From an uncultured Pirellulaceae bacterium (lineage in GTDB: Bacteria > Planctomycetota > Planctomycetia > Pirellulales > Pirellulaceae): a DNA stretch of 64,000 bases. The position numbers and the translations under genes are program-made. Position 1 is the stretch's first letter. Each line of letters starts with the position of its first letter. Under the pieces are notes generated by a model. The model was not told where the DNA came from. It searched no databases and worked only from the letters and a program-made list of their open reading frames with translations. This document shows, piece by piece, positions 30,109 through 39,600 of the stretch. Location: assembly GCA_964479855.1 (NCBI GenBank), contig CAYZPA010000011.1:15406-79405 (forward strand). The letters run 5' to 3'.

Positions 30109-31065
30109 TTATCGCTCAATCACCGAAACGGGAGCGAAACGGCTATTGGGCGAACGAGCGTCGGAATCGCCAAGCTGAATCAATAAATTGCTTGAATCCG
30201 GAAGGATGTCGATCGAAGCGTCTGAGCTGAGCAGCTTGTCAACTTCCATCACCTCCAAAACCGTATCGAGAATTTCAGGATCCTGCTTGGCGATTTCGTT
30301 GAGTGCTTCTCCCACAATTTGTGGCCGCGACGCAGAAGCTTCCGCCATCTTTTGCGAAACCTTGAACGCCGTTTCACTCTTGATCAAACCAACACGGTTC
30401 TCACCGTCCTGCTTCATCGCACTGGTGACTTGCACCAGGCGTTTGACGACTTTTTCAGTAATGTTGTCGACCATGCCGCGATCCGTGAAAGCTACTTTGC
30501 GGATGTAGACCGAACCTAGCTTATAGCCCCATTTTTCGGACAGCGGAGAAACGGTCTCTCGCACTGTGCGGCTTAGAGAGTGGCGATCTTCGAGCATCTT
30601 TTCCATCTCAAGATTGCTGAGCGTCGAAATGGTCGAACTGGTAACGTTGGCCTGCAACGAGCCTTCCGGATTGGCATTGGTGAACAGGTATGAAATAGGA
30701 TCCGAGACTCGCATCTCGTACCAGATACCCACACCCATCGGAGTTCCTTCTTCTGAGTTCACCATTTGGTTTCGCATGTAAAACTGGCGAAGCGCCGTGC
30801 TGACGACATACTTCTTTCCAAAGAAAGGAATCAACAAAGACTTCGGACCAAACTTCGTCAGCGGAAACTGCAGGCCGGGTTCATCGATCGTTCCGATGAC
30901 CTTTCCAAACAGAGTGAACACTTGTGATTCACATTCTTTCACGCAGGCGTAGAGCCCAAACACGCGTGCCAACCCAAGAAAGATCGGAATGATCAGCAAA
31001 CCAAAAATTACGGCGGGGACAAAAAAGACCATCGATTCTGCCATGTTTTGAATAAATTCATCCAT
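30109..31065 (-). CDS. SPFH/band-7 domain membrane protein
   Basis: N-terminal TM, FTLFGKVIGTIDEPGLQF, EKWGYKLGSVYIRKV. Confidence 0.85.
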   Translation of the reverse strand: MDEFIQNMAESMVFFVPAVIFGLLIIPIFLGLARVFGLYACVKECESQVFTLFGKVIGTIDEPGLQFPLTKFGPKSLLIPFFGKKYVVSTALRQFYMRNQMVNSEEGTPMGVGIWYEMRVSDPISYLFTNANPEGSLQANVTSSTISTLSNLEMEKMLEDRHSLSRTVRETVSPLSEKWGYKLGSVYIRKVAFTDRGMVDNITEKVVKRLVQVTSAMKQDGENRVGLIKSETAFKVSQKMAEASASRPQIVGEALNEIAKQDPEILDTVLEVMEVDKLLSSDASIDILPDSSNLLIQLGDSDARSPNSRFAPVSVIER

Positions 31066-32094
31066 TTACGCACCCTGCTTTCCGTTGGACTGACTGAGCG
31101 TTTGGACAACTCGGTTCGCTTTGTCAAAAAGCGGAATCTTCAAATTTCGAATGTAGGCTCGCAGACAATCGGAGCCACCTTCCTGTTTAATTTTGGACAG
31201 CGTTGATGCCAGTTCGCGAAGAGGAGCGACTTCTGCCTGAGCGTTGTTGGTGGAAATCTCAACCGCTCGAGCACTCATCGTGATCTGCTGCTCGGAGTCG
31301 GCTCGCGCGGTGCTTAAATCGCCCGCCACCTGGTTGCGAGTGCTGTTGATCGCCGAAAGTGCACGATCGACTTCTGGAGGCGGATCGATCTCGGTAATCA
31401 GAGCCGCATCAAGTTCGATGCCGTATCGTCCTGTCGTCGATCGACATTGCTCTTCCATGTACTGATTCAGCAACGGCAAGTTCTTCCGCAAGTCGTTGAT
31501 GGATACTCCCTCGGAAAGCTCGCTTCCCTCTCCGATCGATGAGGAATCCATGTCGCTCTCTTCAACCGCATCACTCAACAGGCTTTGGCCTCGCGGATCC
31601 ACGAAGTTGGCAACTCGCTCCCGAAGAACAGAAACGAAGTAACCCATCACGTGCTCAAGCGGGCTGGCGACTCCAAATAGATACGGATACAGATTGCTTT
31701 CGCTGACTCGGTACCGCAACTGACCGTTGATGCCGGTGGTCAAATTATCCTTGGTGACCGCTTCGATGGTGGCCTGCTTTTTCGTTGGGTCCCATGAAAG
31801 GTCAACCGCTTGAGTCGCCACACTGATTTTGTGAACTTTTTGCCATGGCATTTTGAAGTACGGCCCACCCGGTCCGACGACTCGAACCTGAGGGAATTCG
31901 TAGCGTTCTTTTTCTTCGCTCGTTAGCATCGACGGTTCGTCTTTCGCAGCCGGATCGGTTCTCAATCGCTGAGCCTTTCCGAAGCTTGTCACAACGGCAC
32001 GCTGGTCGGGACTGACAGTATAAAAACCGCTTAACCCGACTCGGTAGAGTGAGTAAACCAGCACTCCCAGTAAGAGTCCCCACAGGACAATCAT
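31066..32094 (-). CDS. SPFH/band-7 domain membrane protein
   Basis: TM, GFYTVSPDQRAVVTSFGK, GPYFKMPW, VTKDN, YGIELDAALITEIDPPPEV. Confidence 0.88.
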   Translation of the reverse strand: MIVLWGLLLGVLVYSLYRVGLSGFYTVSPDQRAVVTSFGKAQRLRTDPAAKDEPSMLTSEEKERYEFPQVRVVGPGGPYFKMPWQKVHKISVATQAVDLSWDPTKKQATIEAVTKDNLTTGINGQLRYRVSESNLYPYLFGVASPLEHVMGYFVSVLRERVANFVDPRGQSLLSDAVEESDMDSSSIGEGSELSEGVSINDLRKNLPLLNQYMEEQCRSTTGRYGIELDAALITEIDPPPEVDRALSAINSTRNQVAGDLSTARADSEQQITMSARAVEISTNNAQAEVAPLRELASTLSKIKQEGGSDCLRAYIRNLKIPLFDKANRVVQTLSQSNGKQGA

Positions 32095-32474
32095 CTTTAA
32101 ACCTCTTGAAAAGAGAAAGAAATATTTCGACATTGCGATCATGTTCAGCACACCGCATGAAATGTAGCTCGCGACCTTGGATCGGTACCCCGAAACGATT
32201 CGTGTCGCGGAAAAGGAAGTTCGCGACAGCCGGAATAATTGCTACAGCACGTCGTCGAATCGCAGAAGCAGTCGCTCAATCGAGCGGCAGCTTTTTCCCG
32301 CCAAGCTGGCGAACGACCGTCAACAATCGATTTCAACCGCTCTCCATTCGCAACCGCGATCCAAATCTTGGGACAAAATCCCAAAACGGCTGAAAAACTG
32401 GTTTCAAAAAAACGGGCTCCTTCGGGCTCAAATCGAGCTCAATTGAAACGCAGAATCAAATCGCACACGCCATG

Positions 32475-32909
32475 TCAGGATTTGACTACCGGCGAAAACG
32501 AGGCGATCTCGGCATCACATAAACGCCGTCGAATGCCTTCAACTTCTGCATCGGAATAAGGCGTCAGCGGCTGAAATCCCCAGATCGGCTTCGGCCATGC
32601 CGGGTCATCTTGGGAACGAACGATGTGGTGAACGTGCAGTTGCGGCGTCATGTTTCCCAGCGCGGCAACGTTCAATTTCTCTGCGTCAAAAATCTCTTTT
32701 ATCGCCAAGCCAAAAACTCGAGACTCTTTGCAGAGCGAATCGTAGTCGGATTCGACAAGGTCAATCGCATCTTTGATTCCATCGCGTTTTGGAACCAACA
32801 CAAACCATGGATAGGCTGAATCATTGATCAACAAAACGAGGCACAGCGGAAATTCGCCCACTGGAATGCCATCGCGTTTCAAATCAGGATGCAGTTCAAA
32901 TGCGTTCAA
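32475..32909 (-). CDS. HIT-family protein
   Basis: FELHPDL, YPWFVLVP, KLNVAALGNMTPQLHVHHIVR, DPAWPKPIWG. Confidence 0.92.
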   Translation of the reverse strand: MNAFELHPDLKRDGIPVGEFPLCLVLLINDSAYPWFVLVPKRDGIKDAIDLVESDYDSLCKESRVFGLAIKEIFDAEKLNVAALGNMTPQLHVHHIVRSQDDPAWPKPIWGFQPLTPYSDAEVEGIRRRLCDAEIASFSPVVKS

Positions 32910-33460
32910 GTAATTTCCAAATCCAAATTCGTGTTCAAATCCAGATCCGTGCTCAAATCCAAATGGAACTGGTACTCCGAGTAGGGAATCGCTGAATCAG
33001 TCATGTGCCGCGTCTCGCCAGAGCGAACGAATCCGAACTTCAAGAAAAAATGATGGGCTCGTTCAAAACGTGTATCTGACCAAAACTCGATCCGTTGAAA
33101 CCGTTTGGCTTTCGCCCAATCAATCGTGACCTGCATCAGCTCACGGCCCCATGTTGAACCACGAAGATCGCGGTGCAGATAAAGCCGTTTGAACGTGCAG
33201 ACGCCTTCCTTGCTGGGGTCTGGACGTGCTGCATGGGTGCCAACGATCTCTTTTTGACCGGTTGGACTCGGCTGTTCCAGCACCCAGAACTGACCACCCT
33301 TTTTCAAATAGCCGTCGCGAATATCCAGCAAATCGCACTCGGCGCCGCCTTCCGCCAGACAGATTCTGTCACCGTATTCCTGTAGCACCTCATCCACCAA
33401 CGCGACAATACCATCGCAATCATCATTCGTTGCGAATCGAATTTTTGGATCAGCATTCAT
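32906..33460 (-). CDS. GNAT-family N-acetyltransferase
   Basis: FKRLYLHRDLRGSTWGRELM, AHHFFLKFGF. Confidence 0.9.
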   Translation of the reverse strand: MNADPKIRFATNDDCDGIVALVDEVLQEYGDRICLAEGGAECDLLDIRDGYLKKGGQFWVLEQPSPTGQKEIVGTHAARPDPSKEGVCTFKRLYLHRDLRGSTWGRELMQVTIDWAKAKRFQRIEFWSDTRFERAHHFFLKFGFVRSGETRHMTDSAIPYSEYQFHLDLSTDLDLNTNLDLEIT

Positions 33461-35028
33461 CGATGGTTGGGGTGGTTCTGATGAAACTTTTCAGCCATCT
33501 CCTGACTAATTCTTTTTCGCAGCGAACGATCCAGCAAATTCATGTGATCCTTGCTAGGAAACATCTCAATCACAGCATCGCTGCCAAGTTCTTTCATCCG
33601 TTGTCCCAAAAGGCGAGTCGCTTCGTCGAGATAAAACGTGTCGACGTCACCCATGTAGACATGAATTTTTCCGGCAAGCTTCGGCTCCAGCTCTGTCCAG
33701 TTTTCAGATAGTTTTTTGCTGATGTCGTATCGTTTCCAGTACTCAACAATTTCGGGATCTGGTTTTCCTGTTTCTCGATCCCAGCACATCATTGGCTTAC
33801 CATCATCGCCTCGCGGACTAAATACGGCTTCAAAGCTTCTCAACTGCCCGCCTTCGCCCAAGACATCATCCATTTTGCAGAAGCCTGGATAAGTCAGCAT
33901 CACAACTCCATTTCGTCGAGCCAATGGCTTTACACTGCCGTCAGCTTCAAAGAAAACGGACTCATTTTCGTACAGGTTGGTTCCCTGCCAATCACGAAAA
34001 TCGACCGGATCTGGAGCCGTACTCCAAACGCCTCCAAAATCGTCCGGGTAAGCCACTTGCAACCAAAGCGATGACCAACCGCCGCTACTGTGACCTCCGA
34101 CAAAACGAGCTGTCGGTTCAGCGATGGTTCGGAACTGGGAATCGATGTGCGGAATCATTTCTTGAATCAACGCGTCTCCACGAGGTCCATTCGTGGCACT
34201 GTTGGCGTAGACATGGTGCCCCCAATTGCATTGGCCTGTCAGAAAAACCTTAATGAATTCCGTTTCGCCTTCCGGAGCGTTCTGGGCTCGCCTCATTTGT
34301 CCAAGCTGAATTCGCTCCAACGTTCCACCAAAACCACTGATGTCGTAGTACACAGGGTACCGGCGGTCCGGCTCCAAAGCGTAAGACGACGGCAATAAAA
34401 CCCCGGCACGTTCGACCACTTTTCGATCATGAAACTTGGAAAGTAATTCGCTTTCGAGGCTTATGATCTTGAAAGACTCTGTGTCTTTAAGGCCCCGTTT
34501 TTTGATGACGTTCACCAATTCCAACATGACAGGATCGTGACTTGCTCCGTTGGTGAACTGGATGGTTGTTGGTTCGGAATAGAAATTTCCAACACCATTT
34601 TTATGGTCTGCAAAATCGAAGTTGAAATCCAACAGGGCTTGAACCTGATACTCCCCAGATTTCATTTCAGCGAGGACGCTTGGATAGCCGATCGTCTTCT
34701 CATCAAAAATGACGGTATCTCCGGGCTTCATGCCAGTCACATCCTTGCCAAAAAATGGTTCAGGAGAAAACCAGTTGGGACCATTGATTGGCGGTGCCTG
34801 ACGCGTGGAGAAAAACAGATAGAGCCGGCCATCGACAGGCGCAGAATCCAAATCCGAGCTCAACTTGATTGAGAAATCAGCTTTTGTTTTACCTTCCTGC
34901 AAGGCGGACACCTCGAGTGTCAGAAAGGAAATCAAAAACAAAAAAGCGAACGAGATTTTCGAAAGCTGAACCAATTTAGAGTGCAACATCATGGCTTTCT
35001 TTTTGCGAGTGGGACTGCGGTTTGTCAT
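33457..35028 (-). CDS. Secreted putative esterase (alpha/beta hydrolase)
   Basis: Signal-like segment, VLLPSSY, GGHSSGGWSSLWLQ nucleophile elbow, STAPDPVDF; start uncertain (35028 or 34992). Confidence 0.85.
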   Translation of the reverse strand: MTNRSPTRKKKAMMLHSKLVQLSKISFAFLFLISFLTLEVSALQEGKTKADFSIKLSSDLDSAPVDGRLYLFFSTRQAPPINGPNWFSPEPFFGKDVTGMKPGDTVIFDEKTIGYPSVLAEMKSGEYQVQALLDFNFDFADHKNGVGNFYSEPTTIQFTNGASHDPVMLELVNVIKKRGLKDTESFKIISLESELLSKFHDRKVVERAGVLLPSSYALEPDRRYPVYYDISGFGGTLERIQLGQMRRAQNAPEGETEFIKVFLTGQCNWGHHVYANSATNGPRGDALIQEMIPHIDSQFRTIAEPTARFVGGHSSGGWSSLWLQVAYPDDFGGVWSTAPDPVDFRDWQGTNLYENESVFFEADGSVKPLARRNGVVMLTYPGFCKMDDVLGEGGQLRSFEAVFSPRGDDGKPMMCWDRETGKPDPEIVEYWKRYDISKKLSENWTELEPKLAGKIHVYMGDVDTFYLDEATRLLGQRMKELGSDAVIEMFPSKDHMNLLDRSLRKRISQEMAEKFHQNHPNHR

Positions 35029-35222
35029 GATCGTATCGGACCAAAGACAAGAGGGCAAACGTCCATTTTTTCCGCCGAAGCCTCACGATCAGCTTAACCT
35101 TCACCGACGATGATGACCGCTCTGCTACCGCTAACCGAAGAATTTCAAAAGGTTGGAAAATGTCCGAGAGCGGGAGCAACATTGGTGAACTTTGCAACCT
35201 TCAAATGCCAATATCCAATAGG

Positions 35223-35409
35223 CCGGAATTATTCACGGCGACAGGCGTCTGGTTTGCCCTTTGAATCGATTCTCTTGACGCGGAGGCAAGTTTTGCAAAT
35301 TCGTCATTTTCACGTCGTGGGTGACCTGTCGAAACCGCAAACCTCGAACAATGCACAGATGAAACAAGCTGTCCCCAGGTCGACGCCCACGCATCGTGAA
35401 TAATCCGGG
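35223..35409 (+). mobile_element. MITE copy 2 (187 bp)
   Basis: TIRs CCGGAATTATTCACG and CGTGAATAATCCGGG; 5-bp direct repeat ATAGG at 35218-35222 and 35410-35414. Confidence 0.93.
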
Positions 35410-35435
35410 ATAGGTAAACCGTTTTGGATGTTTGA

Positions 35436-36005
35436 ATGATACACGCAGATTCCACTTTATCATTACCGCCACCGGAGGTGCCTTACATTCCCGGTGTTGT
35501 CGAGGTTGGCGGCGTTGAACACGGATGTGAGATCATTAGCCAGACAAAGCAAAGCATTCAACTTCGCGGCGTGAAGCTATTGGTGTTGGCTCGGAACAAG
35601 CCAATGAACATTCTGTATCAGGGCGGCGAGGTCGCGGCACACAGCCGTAATGTTCAGCGGCATCTTGATGGCAGCTTTCTGATTGACGCTGACGTTGCGG
35701 ATTCGTTACCAATCGATGAATCAGAAGCGACGATGCTGGTGAATTGCTACATCCGTTTGAAATCTGGCGTCATCATCTGCATGCCGATTGCGTTTGAAGA
35801 CGACTTAACAGCACGAGTACAGCTATGGGACGGGATGCAATTCAGAGTCCCCAACAGATCGTTGACCGCAATGACACGACAGGAGAGAATCCAGTCGCTG
35901 GGGCAACTCGATCAGCTCAAAACCGCTTGCGACACGTACGGCTTTGATTCCGTCGATCATGAACTGGCTGTTCAACGCGTCACCGAATTTGAATTTGGCC
36001 GGTAA
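35436..36005 (+). CDS. Hypothetical protein
   Basis: 189-aa ORF with globular, beta-rich composition and no recognised motif. Confidence 0.6.
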   Translation: MIHADSTLSLPPPEVPYIPGVVEVGGVEHGCEIISQTKQSIQLRGVKLLVLARNKPMNILYQGGEVAAHSRNVQRHLDGSFLIDADVADSLPIDESEATMLVNCYIRLKSGVIICMPIAFEDDLTARVQLWDGMQFRVPNRSLTAMTRQERIQSLGQLDQLKTACDTYGFDSVDHELAVQRVTEFEFGR

Positions 36006-36156
36006 GAGAGTCGAGTGACTTTGGGTCTTCTTGCCTTCTTGCCTAAAGCGAACGGGCTATCGCATGCCGGTTCCTCAGAGTTGCATGATACAAGGTTAAA
36101 ATGATTCGCTCGCTGTGATTCGGACGATCGACATTAATTTGTAAGACGGACTCTTG

Positions 36157-36423
36157 GGGATGTCCGATTTGTTGTTAAAAGTCTGAATTGGTCTCACGTA
36201 AAAAAGTTATCTGAATGTTAGCCAAGCGGCAAGTGAGCCCGAAGGATAGCTCGCGTTAAGCCGCTGATATTTACTCAACCTGCGCCATTGCCTTGCGTGT
36301 TCCCGCAGGGAGCCCCGCAGGGGAATCTTTCGCCAGCAAATCCTTTTCGCGCTCCAACGCGGCCATCAATTTCGGCAAATCATCGCAGCCGGAAATTCTC
36401 CGGAAGCCCTCCTCCGCGTCCAG
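36157..36423 (-). pseudogene. 3' remnant of an IS256-like element (transposase C-terminus plus putative right IR)
   Basis: Minus-strand 36423-36271 translates LDAEEGFRRISGCDDLPKLMAALEREKD...VE*, which resembles IS256-type transposase ends (AExGFRRIxGxxDLPxLxAAL). Putative terminal IR GGGATGTCCGATTTGTTGTTAAAA at 36157-36180. Confidence 0.65.
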
Positions 36424-36474
36424 AGAATCGCTTCAGAGGGCAAACCAGACGCCTTTCGTCTTGAATAATCCCGG
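36411..36474 (-). mobile_element. Partial MITE (one end, about 64 bp)
   Basis: CCTCCGCGTCCAGAGAATCGCTTCAGAGGGCAAACCAGACGCCTTTCGTCTTGAATAATCCCGG aligns with 2610-2673 of copy 1. Confidence 0.85.
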
Positions 36475-36632
36475 TTAAAAACGTGTTACAAGGCTGCTAC
36501 GATAGGTTCACTTTGCCAGTGAATTCCCTCGCGAGACAACCTGATCACGGTGACGGCTGATTATCATCGCCCCTCAGTGTCACGGTCTAACGATTTGTCT
36601 CTAGACGAATGCAACGTGAAAGCGCCTAGCCC

Positions 36633-39600
36633 GTGAACTCACCACAATTTGAAATCCTGCCTGAATCAGCGTCCACTATTAGCTATGCCGGCTGGCAAAA
36701 CTCAGTTCCCCTCATCACTGAGCTGACAGTCAAGAACCACTCGCCGGATCCCATCAGCGGACTCAAGCTCAATCTGACAACATCCTCCGGCTTCTTGAAG
36801 TCAAAGACTTGGACAATAGATCGGCTTCTTGCAGGCGACGATTTACAGCTCAGTGATTGCACGGTCGAGTTAGATCCGGGTTACTTGGATGGTCTCAACG
36901 AAGCTGAAAAGAGCCAATTTTCGTTCGAGCTGACCCAAGGTACGACCTCTCTGGCGACGGCCACCGTGGACGTTCGTGTCTTGGCCCGCGAAGAATGGGG
37001 CGGGATGAATCAGGGAGGTGAACTGCTCGCCGCGTTCGTGATGCCTAACGATCCAGTGGTCGCCAAGATACTTAAATCAGCAGCCAAAGTTCTGGAACGT
37101 CACGGACATTCTACAGCGCTCGACGGCTACCAGTCCGGAGACCCAAAACGGTCCTATCTGTTGGTGACATCAATCTGGAACGCGATCTGTGGACTAAAGC
37201 TGACCTACGCCAACCCACCGAAAAGCTTTGAGCAGGTGGGCCAGAAAACTCGAACGCCACAGACGGTGCTTGATCAGGGACTGGCGACCTGCCTAGACTC
37301 CACGCTCCTGTTTGCGGCCGCGATCGAAGCAGTAGGACTCAATCCAGTCATCGTTATGACCGACGGACATTGCTTTGCCGGTGCTTGGTTGGTTGAGAGA
37401 ACGTTGAGCCAAGTCGTTGAGCCTGAGCCGAGTGAATTGAGAAAAGCGATCGCCAGGCACGAGCTGATCACCTTTGAAACAACCCTCGTTACTCACTCAC
37501 CTCCATCCCGTTTTGAGAATGCCGTACGAACAGCAAAAGCTGCCACAAAAGAATCCAAAGAACACGAGTTTGTCGCTGCGATTGATATCGCGCGAGCTCG
37601 GATGGCACAGATTGTTCCGCTTGCCTCGCATTCGTCGAAAAACCATGATGCTACGTCAGATGCAGCGAACGAAATCGATGCGGAGTTCTTACCGTTGGCC
37701 GCTCCGCCGGAACTGAGCTTGCCAGCTTCGGTTTCTGAAGAGAAACCAGCGACCGCTCGAGGCCGCATTGATCGCTGGCAGCGAAAACTGCTGGACCTTA
37801 CATTGCGAAACAGGCTGCTGAACTTTAGGCCAACACAGCAGTCGATTCCGATTGTCTGCGACAATATCGCCAATCTTGAGGACCTGCTGGCGGCAGACCA
37901 GCGACTGCGGCTCATCTCATTGCCGGACCAAAACCCAATTGGCGACCGTGACCCGGAGCTTCATCGCCAGAAAACGAACCACGACATCGACGTAGAATTC
38001 GCGAGGCAAGCACTCACGCGCAAGGAAGTAGCCTGTGTCCTCTCAACTGATCAGCTTGATAAACGGCTGACAACGATCTACCGCGCGGTTCGAAACGACA
38101 TGGCCGAAGGAGGTTCCAACACACTCTTCCTCGCCGTTGGTTTTCTGCGTTGGCGCCAGAAACCCGGAGACATAAAAACGTATCGCGCACCCTTGCTACT
38201 TATCCCGGTAAAGCTAACTCGCAAGAGCAGCCAGTCTCCGTTCTATCTGAGGATGCACGAGGACGAAGCGCGTTTCAATGCAACATTGCTTCAACTATTG
38301 AAGCAGGACTTTGGAAAGGATCTGTCAAGCTTTGAGTCGAACCTCCCGGCTGACGACAGTGGAGTCGACGTGCCGCTGATCCTCTCGCAAGTGCGTGCTC
38401 ACGTGAGAGACATGACTGGTTTTGAGGTTGTGGACGAATGTGCGTTGGGACGATTTTCTTTCGCCAAGTATTTGCTGTGGCGCGACCTTGTTGACCGAAC
38501 GGATCAGCTGAAAAACAATCGAGTCGTCAAGCACTTGCTGGACAATCCTGACAAGGGTTTTGATTCAGGTGGCGGAGCATTGCCGCGTCCGATGGACATC
38601 GACCACCACTACGATCCCAGCGAGATTTTTCACCCGCTCGATGCGGACTCTTCCCAGTTGGCTGCCGTCATGGCCGTTGCTGAAGGCAAGGACCTTGTTC
38701 TGATCGGACCACCTGGGACGGGAAAGAGCCAAACGATTGCGAACATGATCGCGCAGTGCTTGGCCAATGGAAAAACCGTGCTGTTTGTGGCGGAAAAGAC
38801 GGCTGCTCTGGATGTCGTGCATCGTCGCTTACGTCAACACGGACTTGGCGATTGCTGCGTAGAACTGCATAGTAACAAGGCCGAACGCAAGAAGTTTCTT
38901 TCGCAACTGCAGCAGAACTGGAAAACCAATCGACGTGTCAAAGACAATGATTGGGTTTCGGTAAGCAAGCGACTGAAGGTTCATCGAGACACCCTGAATC
39001 AGTACGTCGCCGCCATTCATGCGGTCAATCCAAATGGCTGGAGCGCGTTCCGAGCATTCGGAGTGTCATCGCTTTCGTTCAATGAAACAAAACCAAAATT
39101 TGCATGGCCAGACACGGTTCGACACGACAAAGACGCGTTCAACAAGCTAACTTCAACTGCGAAGGCGATTGGCGTCAGCTTCGATGCGATTGGCGATTCA
39201 GAACCGCTGACGATCATCCGTGCGACCGAGTGGTCAATGAAATGGGAAGGCGAGCTGATTGCGTCAACGGAAACGTTGCGAACGACGTCGGAAGAGCTTG
39301 AGTCTGCCTTGAGCAGTTTCAATAATTCACTTGGACGTCCGGACGTCAACGACGCTTCGGTGGCTCAGCTTGATGAATTGAAGCTGCTTGCGAAAATCTT
39401 GCTTGAGTCTTCGAGCGAGGATGTGCGTGTTCTGTTTCATAAGCAGTTCTCCAAGTTCCCTGATGCGTTAAGAGACTTGGAAGCCTCGATCGAGTTGGAG
39501 TCCAATGCACGCACCGTTTTGAAGGGCACGTATGACGAGAACTTGAACGAAGTCCCAGTCGACGAACTCGATGTGCAGTGGCGAGCGGCGACTGCGAAGT

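Noticed and set aside
32915-32965. 18-bp tandem units at the GNAT 3' end (LDLSTD/LDLNTN/LDLEIT)
   Set aside because: A simple slippage expansion in a terminal tail.
35223-36474. Composite transposon formed by two inverted MITE ends carrying ORF 35436-36005
   Set aside because: The outer flanks differ (ATAGG vs TTAAA), and copy 2 has its own TSD, so it inserted independently.
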